Shown: positions 38,322 to 50,072 of the stretch, piece by piece | Position numbering within the stretch: position 1 is the stretch's first letter | Layout: every line of letters starts with the position of its first letter | DNA from: Paraspadella gotoi | Taxonomy: Eukaryota > Animalia > Chaetognatha | Assembly (NCBI GenBank): GCA_051294375.1 | Contig: CM119266.1 | Span: forward strand, 2,783,812-2,847,811 | Length of the DNA stretch: 64,000 nt | Direction of reading: 5' to 3' | The notes under the pieces: model-generated | The model's input: the letters and a program-made list of their open reading frames with translations, nothing else | The model's database searches: none | Told to the model about the DNA's origin: nothing | Position numbers and translations under genes: made by a program

Positions 38322-41300
38322 AAAACTTTGCAGCCATAATTATCTGGTTTGACAGGATTTAAAAAAAGCTAATTATAATTTTTTCATAGTAATGAAATTG
38401 GTACAACCAAAATAAAAATTAGCTATTCCTTGTTAAGGCCTCCATCCCGCGTATGAAATTAGTACCAATATTTCATCCGTTGACAAAAAGTGAAAGATTT
38501 TCCTTAATCGTTACTTTACAAATTTTCTTCTAATTTCAGTTCATTTTGAATGCCTTGTATTCATTATCTCTCTCTCTCTCTCTCTCTCTCCCAATCGAAT
38601 CGGAACGAGTTATTTTTCGGTGAATAACCGGGGGAAAAACGGACGAACACTCCTCTCGTAGGTCTTATTTTTAATTCATTAACCTCTTCAAACAAAATTA
38701 TCCCCAGCGAATACTCAAACTGATTCAATATTTTTTTTTCTTGACAATTTGTCACCGTTCTAGATTTTATAGGGAATCACCTTCTCGATTTGCCACGATT
38801 CATTTTCGAAATTCAACTAATACTTTTCAAGCGATCTTCCACTCCTCGGCAAAACTTAAACTTACCAAAATGTCGACGATCGAAACAGGAAAGAATTTTT
38901 TTCGACGCATAAATTCTCCCCACTATTCTCCAAATAAATTTCGGTCCGGATCTGCCGCGTCGGCGGCTGCCGTGACCGCAGCACCGCGTTCGTCCAGGTT
39001 TAAGAAAAGGCTCGACGGACAATTCGTCCTTAATAGTCCAGAGAAAAATCCCATGGCGAATGACTTACCCCATGGTGAGGGCAAGAGTGTGAAAAAGAGG
39101 AAAGGGCCAAAAAGCAGCGGACGAGAGAAAAAGAATCTCGAAGAAAAAAGAAAGGGAGAATCGCCAGGTCGGGGGGCGTTGCCCATGGTCAGAGTTTACG
39201 ATAGAGACAGTAGTCATCAAAACAATGGGCCAATCAATGAAAAGAAAGAGGTCGAAGACAACCCAAAATCGTCTTCGATATCGTCGAAAACGACGATCAT
39301 TCCCACCCTGGCGAAAATAACGTATTTGTCTTTGTTCCATAAAGCTGACAATCGGACTGAAAAGAATGAAGATGGTCAAAAGCCATCGACGACGATTTCA
39401 ACAATGGCGATTTCACGCGGCGCTTTTTGTTCGTCGATGTTCAAGAGAGAACGCAATCGAACCAAATATGGAAGCGGAAAGAAAATGTCGAGTTTGTTCA
39501 ACTCAAATATTCCTACTTTGGCAAAGTTGGTCTCGTCAGCAATTCTCCGTGGCGATTTTCGTTCTCATGAAAAAGAGTATTCTCAAGTCAATGAGATAAC
39601 AGAGTCGGCGTCAACTGGAGTTTTAAAAAGAACTTCGTCTTTCGTGAGCTCTGGATATTCTTCTTTGAACAGTGCAGATCATCATCATGAGTCGTTAGAG
39701 CAGTATCTTGAGGATGAGAATAAAAAGTCTGAAGTTGAGGATGGTACCCGTGATCCAACTGACTCATTTAGGCAATGCCCTGAAACTGATCTTTTCGACT
39801 ATACAAATCAAAATCCTAACCCATGGCCATCCACGAAGCCAAAGCTCGTTTCTGATGTTGGAGAATCAGATCCCCTCGGGACGGGAGCGAACTTCACCCT
39901 CAACCCCCAATACTTCCATCCATCAGCTTATGGAGGACCCAAATCTGGGAATCTTTGGTTCGATGACATCAGTGACATCGAAGGCTTTCGTCCTGGAGCG
40001 GCTCGTCTGGTTGTAGGTAAGGCTCAGACGTGACACGTTTTAAGAGCTGGCGTTTGAACTGTGCTGTACTGATTGATTGATGCCTAAGCTCATTTGCTGC
40101 CACCAAGTAAAAAGTTTTGATTGATTTTATTAAGTGAATTTAATTACATAATTTAACCATTCTTTCAGGACTGACAGACGCTCAATTTGAGAAATTCGAG
40201 TATCTCGACCACACCGCCGATGTGCAGCTTCATTCATGGGGCGAGGACATCAAAGAAACCCTTGAACAGATGGCTGTCGCCATGTTTAATTACATCACAG
40301 ATGTTTCCAAAGTCGACTTTGTCGACGCCCACGATTTTGAGGCAACCGGAGATGATTTGTTCGGTTTAATTTATCATTTCCTAGATGAGCTTCTCTTTCT
40401 CAACGTCGCTGAGCCTTTCCTCGTGGCCAGGAGAGTCGTGATTAAAGAGTTAGTGATGCCTGAGGATGATGAAGAGTCTGAAGCGTCGGAACAATCGACC
40501 GACCGCTTCAAGATTAGGGGAGTGGCTTATGGCGAACCTTTTGACGTCCGCAAGCATCCTGTTGGGACAGAGATCAAAGCCATCACTTACTCTGCTATGA
40601 ACATCTATGATCGGCGGAAGGGAGACGCGACAGAGAAGGGAATGGTGGAGCTCTTTGTTATCGTAGACATTTAATATTGTCTTTCTGTGGTTAAAATTAG
40701 GACAATACTCTTTATTTTAAAATTATTCATGTACGACTTATGTGGTGAAATCAACCTTAAAACTATTTTATTGATTTGTCTGGATACTTTTATTGTTAAT
40801 GTTGTCATCTCATTTTTAAATACCAAAAAAAACCAGCGTGATAAGTGGTAATACAGGATTATATGGATAACAGCTATTGCATTGCTATAATTTGCGAGTG
40901 TTGTGGGTTTTATTAAATAAAAAAAAATCTGGTTTATGTTTATTTTGAATTGTGAAGTTAGATTAGTTCAGGTTAAATCAGCTAATTTTACATCATTGTC
41001 ATAAGTATGGCAACACTTACGATTTAATGAGAGGAGACAAATTTTAATATTGATATAGACATTGTATTATTTTCTCTCTTTTCGTTCAAGTGAATAAGGA
41101 ATTGTTTATTGTTTGCCAATACAACATTTTTATTGTCATTGTACATGTTTCGACTCTGTTGATTCGAGTCTTCATCAGCTTTGAAAAAACATATCAAAAT
41201 GCTCTACACATTAAGTTAGAAGAGAGAGAGAGAGTGAGAGAGATTGAGGAGAGTTTCCAACAAAGGGCTGAGTAAAGGACAGTGGCCAGATGAGAGGACA

Positions 41301-41919
41301 GGTGAAGGTAAGAACAGAGAAGAAGATAATTTTGAAATGGTGAAAAGTGAAAAAAGAGAAAGAGAGAGAGAGAGAGAGGAGAGAGAGAAATAATTACATT
41401 TGACAATGTACATGTACAACAAAGATAAATTTAGAAAAACTTAGAAATAAGCTGAGATTTGAATTAACAAAAAGTTAAATAAGTAATAATGATGAAATTG
41501 AAATGGAGGAATAGGTGGTGAGGGATAGATAAGTTAATAGTTAAGTGAAATATATAAGAGAAAAAAGAGCTCAAAATGAGTCAAAGAGATATTAGAGTGG
41601 CACTTGGTATTTTCCCAGCCGGGTCTTTACCTGCCCCATGATATCCCACTTTACAAGAATATCATCTCAGTCTATGACAAGCCAATGACCCGATCAATCG
41701 TCAGCTCCCACCTTTGTCCACCCGGGGGGGGGGCAGCTCATTTTGAGCTCTTTCTTCTCTTATATATTTCACTTAACTATTAACTTATCTATCCTCCACC
41801 ACCTATTCCTCCATTTCAATTTTCATCATTATTACTTATTTAACTTTTGTTAATTCAAAATCTCAGCTTATTTCTAAGTTTTTCTAAATTTATCTTTGTT
41901 GTACATTGTCAAATGTAAT

Positions 41920-41954
<35 letters not shown>

Positions 41955-42065
41955 ACTTTTTACCATTTCAAAAATATCTTCTTCTCTGTTCTTACCTTCA
42001 CCTGTCCTCTCATCTGGCCACTGTCCTTTACTAGCCCTTTGTTGGAAACTCTCCATCAATCTCTC

Positions 42066-42102
<37 letters not shown>

Positions 42103-43457
42103 TTAATGTGTAGAGCATTTTGATAATGTTTTTTCTAAGCTGATGAAGACTCGAATCAACAGAGTCGAAACATGTATATGACAATAAAAATCGTTGTATT
42201 GGCAAACAATAAACAATTCCTAATATTGATATAAAATTGGATCAATATAAGAATTATCCAATTATCCATTTATTATAGGAATTAGCTATCTTCTAACGTA
42301 GCAGTTATGGGAGACAGTATGACAAGAAAAACATGAGCGTTTGACCGACGAAAAATCGAGTAATTTCTCCGGAATCAATCGGATTTTAAAAAAATTAACA
42401 GAAGACGAGAGAGGGAGACCGAAAAAGAGAGAGAGAGAGAGATAACATCGACTCCACTTTTCTATTCAGTCCATCAGCTGCTTCTACCTCCCAACCTCCA
42501 TCGCCACTTCATCCGCCCGACCCCTCTCCAGCTCCTCGCCCCGTGCCATCTGGGGTTTCGGCACCGCCCCCTCTTCGCCCGGAATGCCTCGTCGACTCCA
42601 GCCTTCCATGACCGTCGGCGGAGTCTGCAACTCGATCAGACTCTCTAAGGAAATTCGTCGGTTCCGGTTTCACGCCGACGCGCCGATTCCCACGGGTGAG
42701 GCGCTCGGTCGGTCGGTCTGCTTCTTTTCTTTGTCTGTCTCTCGCTTTCTCTATCATGGAAGTAGGGTTTGAAGGCCCGAAAGGGTGCCTAAATCCGCCA
42801 TCCATAATTCCATTTTTCTTTCTCTTTCTCACTCTCGTTCACTCTCTCTCTTTTTCTCTCACCCACTCCCTTTCTCTCTTTCTTTCTCTTTTGTTTATTC
42901 TGTCTCTCTTTCTCTCTCTCGTTCACATTTTCTAACCTTCTCTTACCCCCTATCTCTCTCTCTTTATCTATCTATCTCTCTAAATTTTATAAAGAGGATA
43001 TCTTAAAAAGTATTTGGTCAATCAAGATGAAATTTATCATTCACTGTAATTATATCATGTTTTATTGAATAAACTTATAACAAATAATATAAATATTTTG
43101 TATATAATTTTATCTGTGCAGGAATTATCCTCCAGGATGTAGGCACACTAATTTTTTATAAAATAAAATAAATTAGAAAGAGGACCTATTTATGAATAAA
43201 ACTGTGTAGAATACCTATAAAACCAAGAAGATTGGCCACTACCTGGTGCAGATGTTTGTGGATGCTGTTGTGGGTCCGCGAGAAGTAGTTGCGACTCTAA
43301 ATTTTAATAGAATAAACTTAATGCATATTTTGGTCGATAAAATCTCTCATACTTTAGACAAGGTGAGAGATGATGTGAAAAAATCCTTCAGGAGAGGGTA
43401 CTGCTAAAGGCGATTCGTGCAAACCTATTTTTTTATGCCATGCCCCATCATGTTAAA

Positions 43458-43514
<57 letters not shown>

Positions 43515-45485
43515 AAAACTCTTAATCTTTGGTATTCAGGATTTGCGAACGAAGCGGAGACCGAGTGCGATCACATTCTCATTGCGCTCATCGCCAAGCA
43601 CAAGTAAGTGTTTGATCTAATAATTCTATGAATATTCGATGTTCAAAAAAGTTATTTCAGATTGAATTTATTTGACAATTTAAAATCAAACGCATCATTA
43701 CATTGTTTTTACGCTTTACTAAGAATCGTCGACTTAATCCTTTTCTAAGAAACTCCCTGCGAGAAATCGATTTCAAACTTTCCATCTTCAAACTCTACTC
43801 TGGCGCTCACGCCATCTCGAGACAGGAATCCCGACTCACCCTGGTAGGAGTGAGGGGATTGCCCGAGTGCAGACGGCTTACCCGGCTTATGTTGCAGGTA
43901 GATTATTGACAAACCCATTGGAGTTAAAATAGTCATTGGTTTGGCTTTATTACCAAAATACATGTACAAAAATTGTACATTAAACAAAAAACAGGCAATT
44001 TTTTTATTATTTGACAAAATTTGATTCCGAGATGAGGAAAACCGAGTAGTGACGTAATATGCTTCTCATTGGTTTTAGATGAATTCTCATGAACTATACT
44101 AATTCTTTAATTGTCACGGTAACCTTTGCCTAGGAAAGTCTATCCTAACAGCTACTCTTATTGTCTCAAAATAATACAAACATATATACAACGCAATCAG
44201 TTGAAATGTATAATTTTGATGAGTTTGGAGTCAAAGTTATGAAGACAAAAAAAATTTATAGTATTTTTTGTTTTGCCACTGAGGATGTGTGCCTGAAATA
44301 TCTGACAATTATATATTAAATAGCATCTGCAACAGCATTAACAAAATAATAAAAAACAAAAAACAAAACTTAAATAGAAAAAAATCAAACTCCAGCTATA
44401 AACCTAAACACGAACCCAGGATTGCCACTTGACCGACGCGGCCGTCTCCATTCTTCGTGATCTCTGGCACCTCCGTGCCCTTGGCCTCCTCAATGTCGAG
44501 GGCCTCACGCGCTCCTCCTGGGGCCGACTCTTCGAGACGGCGCCCCCTAAACGGCCCGCCGCATTCCCGCGCTTGGTCGAGGTTGATCTGCAGAGCAGCG
44601 TCGGCGACGCAGCCTTCGACGCACTGCTGCGCCTGCGGGCGGCGGCGCTGCAGGATTTTAGGATTGAAGTCTGCAAGTCAGATCCGTTCGGATCCTTTGC
44701 GGAAAGGGAAAAGGTTATGGAGAATGCAAAGATTTATTACGCCATAATGATAAAAATGTTTTGATTATAGTTTGTCGATGATTATTTAGTTTACATTCTT
44801 ATAGATTCATATCCTTATATTCATAGGCGGGCGTTTCTCGTCGCACGGTGGTCGAGGTGTTGAGTCGATGTCCCAATCTCAAGAAGTTCGAACTTTGTTT
44901 GTCTAACAACAGTTTGAAACAAACGCACGCGTTACGGCGAAGCTTTAGATTTGACAACCAGGTTGGCGGAAAAAGTCAAATTAACGTTAATCATATCTAA
45001 TCTAATCTAATCATGTTGGCTGATTATGATTGTTCTGAATGAACCATTTGTATTCGAATAAAATAGGATTGTTTAAAACATAAATTATAAGGTGAATTCT
45101 TTCTTTTTAAATCGTTAAATAACAAATCTATTTTCCTTCCCGATAGATGTCAGGAACTAGTTATTCTTAGTTGTCCAAACAAAATCTCATTCGTCGAGCA
45201 GATAAAATATTTTATTTCGTAAAAAAAAATTCATATACTTTAACCCCAGTTTTCTGTTTCCGCTATTTCATTACAGAATTTTCACATAGAGTTGACCTAG
45301 TGATAAAAATTTCTCTCCTTTTGTTTTTTTTCTTCCCAGGAACTCCGCCGACTAAAAGCGCCTCTAGAGGTCTTGAATCTCCGCTACCATGATGTCTACG
45401 AAGGTCTCTTCGCCTCCATTGGCTCCGTCTTCGGCGACACGCTTCGATCTCTCACGATCGTAGGGAACCTCACCGACGGTGAGTG

Positions 45486-45571
<86 letters not shown>

Positions 45572-46120
45572 ACTTCTCAACACTGAACAGTTCCAATCGG
45601 TCGATCCATCCCGCTCTCCTTCCACGGTCTCGGATTCTCCGTCCTCCAGTCGATTCATCTTCAAGACATCCCCCAACAGTTCTGCATCGGCCTGGACGAC
45701 CAGTTCCGGGTTCCCGTCGATTTTCCCATAAGGGGTAGGGCATTTAAAAAACTCAACATTATACAATCTTATCTGATGGTTTGATATTTCCTTACACTCA
45801 ATATCAACGAAGGAATCAAATAAACAAAAATAAATCATCATCGAGATTAGATTCGTAGTTACGATCCTCTGAGGTGACTATCTCCCAAGTAGTCCTTCAA
45901 GTTCCTGAAATGCCTTCTCGACCCCCACCCCTTCCATCCACTCCTCTCAGAGGTAACCCTGATGAACGTGCGGTGCGAGCGACGTTCGCTCATCCGCAAT
46001 CCCGTCCAGGAGTTTCTCGAATCCGTCTTCGAAGGCGCCGCTGTTCGGCTGCAGAAGATCGACGTGGAGGCTTTCCAAGATCAAGTCGGGAAGTTTGTTG
46101 TCGGCAACAAATGTCTTTGA
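30433..46120 (+). CDS. F-box / leucine-rich-repeat (FBXL-like) protein, multi-exon
   Basis: F-box [46 protein letters not shown] (~32626-32763) after an S/P-rich region. Later exons (~37777-37981, 42470-42695, 43749-43897, 44420-44668, 44828-44961, 45340-45478, 45591-45734, 45951-46120) contain LRR-like [32 protein letters not shown] and [12 protein letters not shown]. The start and the exon near 45730 are uncertain. Confidence 0.78.
30812..30879. other. Intronic hairpin (~23-bp stem) followed by 20-bp tandem repeats
   Basis: TCTGAGTCCATGTTCACTGTT ... AACAGTGAACATGGATTCAGA are near-perfect reverse complements. Confidence 0.7.
32847..35417 (+). mobile_element. Penelope-like retroelement P1 (5'-truncated, frameshifted RT + GIY-YIG endonuclease + pLTR)
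   Basis: Decayed frames give [90 protein letters not shown]...[29 protein letters not shown]-like TAACATAAT(T)ATATAT on both flanks; decayed inverted terminus. Confidence 0.9.
35311..35354 (+). ncRNA. Degenerate minimal hammerhead ribozyme in the P1 pLTR
   Basis: CTGATGA-AGACTC..GAGGTC-GAAG-CATGTC; the core GAAA is mutated to GAAG. Confidence 0.7.
35437..36127 (-). mobile_element. Two tandem copies of a tRNA-derived SINE-like unit (~280 bp each)
   Basis: Near-identical copies at ~35437-35716 and ~35836-36127. The minus strand has a tRNA-like head GTGACTCATTGAGTAAAG...CTCATGA...GGTTCAATCCC (A and B boxes). Confidence 0.7.
36403..36442 (-). ncRNA. Minimal type I hammerhead ribozyme (P2 left arm)
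   Basis: The reverse complement reads GCA-CTGATGA-AGGCTT-GAATGA-AAGCC-GAAA-CTTGTC-TGT. Confidence 0.8.
36941..36980 (+). ncRNA. Minimal type I hammerhead ribozyme (P2 right arm)
   Basis: GCA-CTGATGA-AGGCTT-GAATGA-AAGCC-GAAA-CTTGTC-TGT: intact core, stem II GGCTT/AAGCC, GUC cleavage triplet. Confidence 0.82.
37374..37525 (+). mobile_element. tRNA-derived SINE head or tRNA pseudogene (Gly-CCC-like)
   Basis: Acceptor-like stem GCGGCCA/TGGTCGC, loop CTCCCAA and T-arm CCGGAGTTCTAGCCCGG. The anticodon stem does not pair, so it is not a functional tRNA. Confidence 0.55.
38870..40674 (+). CDS. ZBTB8OS: Archease (RtcB tRNA-ligase cofactor) with a ~380-aa low-complexity N-terminal extension; nested in an F-box gene intron
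   Basis: Exon 38870-40016 (G|GTAAGG) splices in frame to 40169-40674: [78 protein letters not shown]. Confidence 0.9.
41142..41180 (-). ncRNA. Minimal hammerhead ribozyme (P3 left arm)
   Basis: The reverse complement reads CTGATGA-AGACTC-GAATCAACA-GAGTC-GAAA-CATGTA. Confidence 0.78.
42138..42178 (+). ncRNA. Minimal hammerhead ribozyme (P3 right arm)
   Basis: CTGATGA-AGACTC-GAATCAACA-GAGTC-GAAA-CATGTA; palindromic ACATGT stem III, GUA triplet; stem I is weak. Confidence 0.8.
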
Positions 46121-46382
46121 TACAAGTTAAATCTATCGAATTCAACTTATTAATACTAATGAATTATTCGCTTAAAAATACTTTTAATTTGAATAAATGA
46201 AATTCTCCGTTTGTTGAACATTACTAATTTTATTCTTTTGGTCAAGTTAAAAAAAAAAAAAAGATGCTAATTAAAGACGAAAAGAAAAGAAATATTTCGG
46301 AATGGTTTCTGAAACTGTGGCTCAGGAAAAAGGGTAATTTTCGTCTAATCGATGGTCCAGACATTTTTTTTCTTCAGAAATA

Positions 46383-47482
46383 TTAAAATGTTTTCAAATT
46401 CGAAGATTCTTTTTCCCTTTCGAGTTGAATGATGATGATGATGGACTGAATCTTGTCGATTTTCTCCCGAAGGTCTTCTATCATTTGGTCCTAAACGAAA
46501 GTTAGAATGTAAACAAACAAGCCGGGGGAAAAAGAATTTACAGTTACATTTACGGTTACAATTAACGTTAGATTTGGAGCGTTATCACAGAGTAAGATTG
46601 TAAAAAAAAAGAGCAATTGATATGAAAAACATAGGTATAACTAAAACATTTTTTTTTCTAAATTAATCTAGCACGTAACCGAAAATTCAATAAATAGTTC
46701 AGCATAAATTCTTTTGTAGAACCTGTAGCCTAGGACTTACTTTGTCGTCCAGTTTTCTCATCAAGCTGTTGATCTGCTCTTCTCTCTCTTCGAGGGTCTT
46801 TTCTAGCTCCGCCGAAGACGTGAGTGCATTTTGATCAGAATTAGACTTCGCGACTTGAGCGCTGACATCAGAATTTGTTGGCGACGGTTGAGCACTTTGA
46901 CCGGAAGTTAATGGTTTTCTGGATTTGTTATCTTTCGTCCAAGCGTCTTGATAACTTTGATCGCCGGTTTGGTCGAAATTCTTGGACGATTCAATTGTGC
47001 AGTGATCTGAAACAGTCGGCATTTCCAAGTCACTGATACGCGAAACTTCGGAATCTTTCGTGGTTACGAGGCAATTGCGGATCGTGTAGCCAGTTGACTC
47101 ATTTGATTCTTCGTCGATCGGGGTGAGAGACACGTTCTTGGCGAAACTAGACTCTAAGCAATTCGCCGACCTTTCCAAAGGTTTGGCTTTAAACAAGGCT
47201 ACTCTGGAGATGTTAGCTTTAGCAAATGGCGCGGATTGCAGCGGTGTCACGCCGCTATTGGACCCGGCACCGATCGTTGTGGCGCCATCTACTTGCGTCG
47301 CTTTGACAGAATCCGTCGTTTCCTTTGACGACCCGAGACCGCGAGGGGCGTTGACCCGTGGGTGGGCCGAAGTCGAGTCTTTCGTCCGTGACGCCGTCGA
47401 CCTGGGAGCGAACGTCCTGGGGGCGAGAATGGAAATGACGTCGTCGAGGGTGAGTTCGCCGAGACGACGACGACGGGATGAC
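46383..47482 (-). CDS. Uncharacterised disordered protein ending in a PKG-like leucine-zipper coiled coil (5' end uncertain)
   Basis: The exon ending at 46741 (AAA|GTAAGT) joins 46490-46383 to give ..AELEKTLEEREEQINSLMRKLDDKDQMIEDLREKIDKIQSII..KTF*. Confidence 0.65.
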
Positions 47483-50072
47483 ATCGTCACACGAAACACG
47501 CGCGCGGTGACGACGACGGGGATCGCGGCCGTCTTCGAAGAGACACTCCGAGGACGCGCCGACCGAGGACCTTTGGTGAAGGAGCAGGGTGGCGCAGGGG
47601 GGGGGGAGAGGGAGTTTAATGTAGTTTTAATTTATGAAGTATAACAAAATAAGGAAGTTGAGATTTGTGAGATTATTAGTTTCAACCGATGGAAAGTAAC
47701 GAACGCAACAGATCATTTTTCGCTTCCGAGTTACTCATTCTTTTTTTTTAAATGTTTTTAAAACATTTTTTCCCATTCGAACTTTCTTTATAAGTTACGT
47801 CGACGACGCGAAAATCTACGAACGAAAGTAAAAATATTTCATCGACGAACTTTCAACTTTCGCTTATGATTTTTTTTTTTCGAATCTTTCTTCCAACACG
47901 GAGAAGAGGAACCTTAGATCGCTGCCGCCGCTCATGTATCTCCTTCCATTTTCTCCTTTTGTTCCCCCCCCACACACACTCACACACCCCCCCTCACTCT
48001 CTTTCATTCTCTCACAAACGGCAAAACGATGACAGATTTCGCCTTTTGATTAACGTAACGATGACAGGTTCACTTTTTGATATACGCATCGTTGACAGGT
48101 TCACTTTTAAATTCACATGAAGGATATTTGTTTCGCCGAACGATGAACTGGGAACTCCAGGGGCGTTTGATACTTCGTAAAAAAATACTACTCTTTGTAT
48201 GAAATTAAAATATACTGATTGATAATCTTGAATGTAAGAGATGTGAAATCCGGGTGAGAAAGAAAATCAGCGATCGATTTAACACCAAGACCAAAGTGGG
48301 TGTCGAAAAATATAATTGAGGGTTATTTTGGAGAGATTATTTATAATTAGTGTTGTAATTAGTTATGCCTCATGGAATTAAGATTTTAAGTTATCATCCA
48401 AATATAAAATTAAACTTAGAAGTAAAGCATATTCGATAAAAAAACACACTTTATTTTTTCTGAAAACATGGAACTTTGCGCTAGTCATAGTGCATATTTT
48501 TCGCGCTTTGTTTACATTCGAGACCAAAATTCGAGATAGAAATATTCGAGAGAAAAAAGTCGTAAATGTGATATCTGATCTGGTCGGATTGACGATTGTT
48601 CTCGAGAGAGAGGAAAAAAAGTCAACGTTGACCTTTATCGAATTTAAAAAAAAAAAGTAAAACCATTAAAAATTAATTTAAAAAAAAAATCGACGAAACT
48701 AATGACCCGCAGGGTTTAAAAACTAAAAAATAAAGAAAAAGAAAAAGAAAAATGAAGAAAAACATCTCTATTTTTTTCTCCGTTTGGACCCGGCGGCGAT
48801 ATACGGCGAACGGGACTGAAGACCCGAAAACCCCTTCCTCGGTGCCGAAGCCAGGGGCTGGAGGGCTTTAGAGCGCGTGGTTTGGGGTCCTTTAGGAGAA
48901 CCGGGATGGGGGCCGGTCGTATGACTCTCGGACTATCGAGGGTTGACAAAGATCGATGGTCCCCGCGCGACTCGCTCGATTGATCGGCGAAACAAAAAAA
49001 AAAAAAAAACTCTTTCGTTCAAATTTTATATTTTCCAGCGTTGATTTCATGCTTCTGGTCTTTAGATAATAAGTTTTTTTTTGTTTGAGGTCTTGAGGGG
49101 GTAAAACCGGTAAAACATAAAATTGTAAAACATCTTACGTATCCTTAGATATTCCCTTGAGAAAGAATGCTAAGCTTTAATAGTTTAACAGTCACTGTTC
49201 GCTGTTTACTTAATCTGAAAATTGTTAATGGTCGTCTTCCGCTTTTTCTGATAACTTTAATCTATCATGCTATTATTGACTAATAATATTTTAGTTTCAG
49301 ATTAAAACGTTCCAGTTTTACTCAGTCGTTCTCTTTTTATATTTGGTCTCGATAAAACTCTTGATATTTCTAAATGGATAAGATCGAAAAGTCATTCATC
49401 AGGCGACTGACCGTCATCAAAATCTGCACATTAATCAGGTTATTATAATGTTATACGAATTATTATATGACAATTCTCTTTTCAAGTTTTATTTTGGGGA
49501 ATCTCGTCCCTCCCCCCTTCCTTACCATGTAATTCTTCCTAAACAAAATTTTTCCTGTCCTCAGATTTTTATACTTTAATCCTAACGAACAAAATATTTG
49601 TTGTTCAGTAAGTACTTGATCGCTTTCGGTCTCCTCGTCACCTCTTTTTACGTCTTGGACCAAATTTTTTTGAGGTAAACAAAACTTCTCTTGTGACGGC
49701 CTTTCGTCGTCGTCGTCGTCGATGCTCAAAGATCGCGCGAGAACTTGGTGATGAATGGAGTAAAAAGTGGATGCGGGGTGTTGAATGGAGAATTCGTGAG
49801 AAGGGATAAAACTGTTGAGATTTTATAATATCGTAATCTACGTAATACGTCAGAACGCCAAGGCTGACTTATAACTTTCCAACTATTATGTAATTTTAGG
49901 TCATTAAAATAATAAATCACTCGCTCGAGTAGTAAAAGGAAAAAAAAACTTATTTTTTGAGGCTAAGATCAATTAAGGAATATATATTATACACGATGTA
50001 AATTACGGCCCCGTCTTGGGACCTCATCACACAACCCATAATTACCATTGAGGCAGACTTTTAATCACCCAG

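Larger units (their letters stand above)
41058..42220. mobile_element. Non-coding fold-back Penelope derivative P3: ~485-bp inverted pLTR arms with a hammerhead in each
   Basis: Arms 41098-41580 and 41737-42220; the spacer is homologous to the pre-pLTR region of P1 and P4; TSD TAATATTGATATA at 41045-41057 and 42221-42233. Confidence 0.88.

Noticed and set aside
45959-45995. CTGATGA followed by a hairpin as a hammerhead
   Set aside because: No GAAA core, and it lies in the last coding exon of the F-box gene.
47123-47644. 173-aa plus-strand ORF
   Set aside because: Antisense to the spliced minus-strand coiled-coil gene, which has the better splice support.
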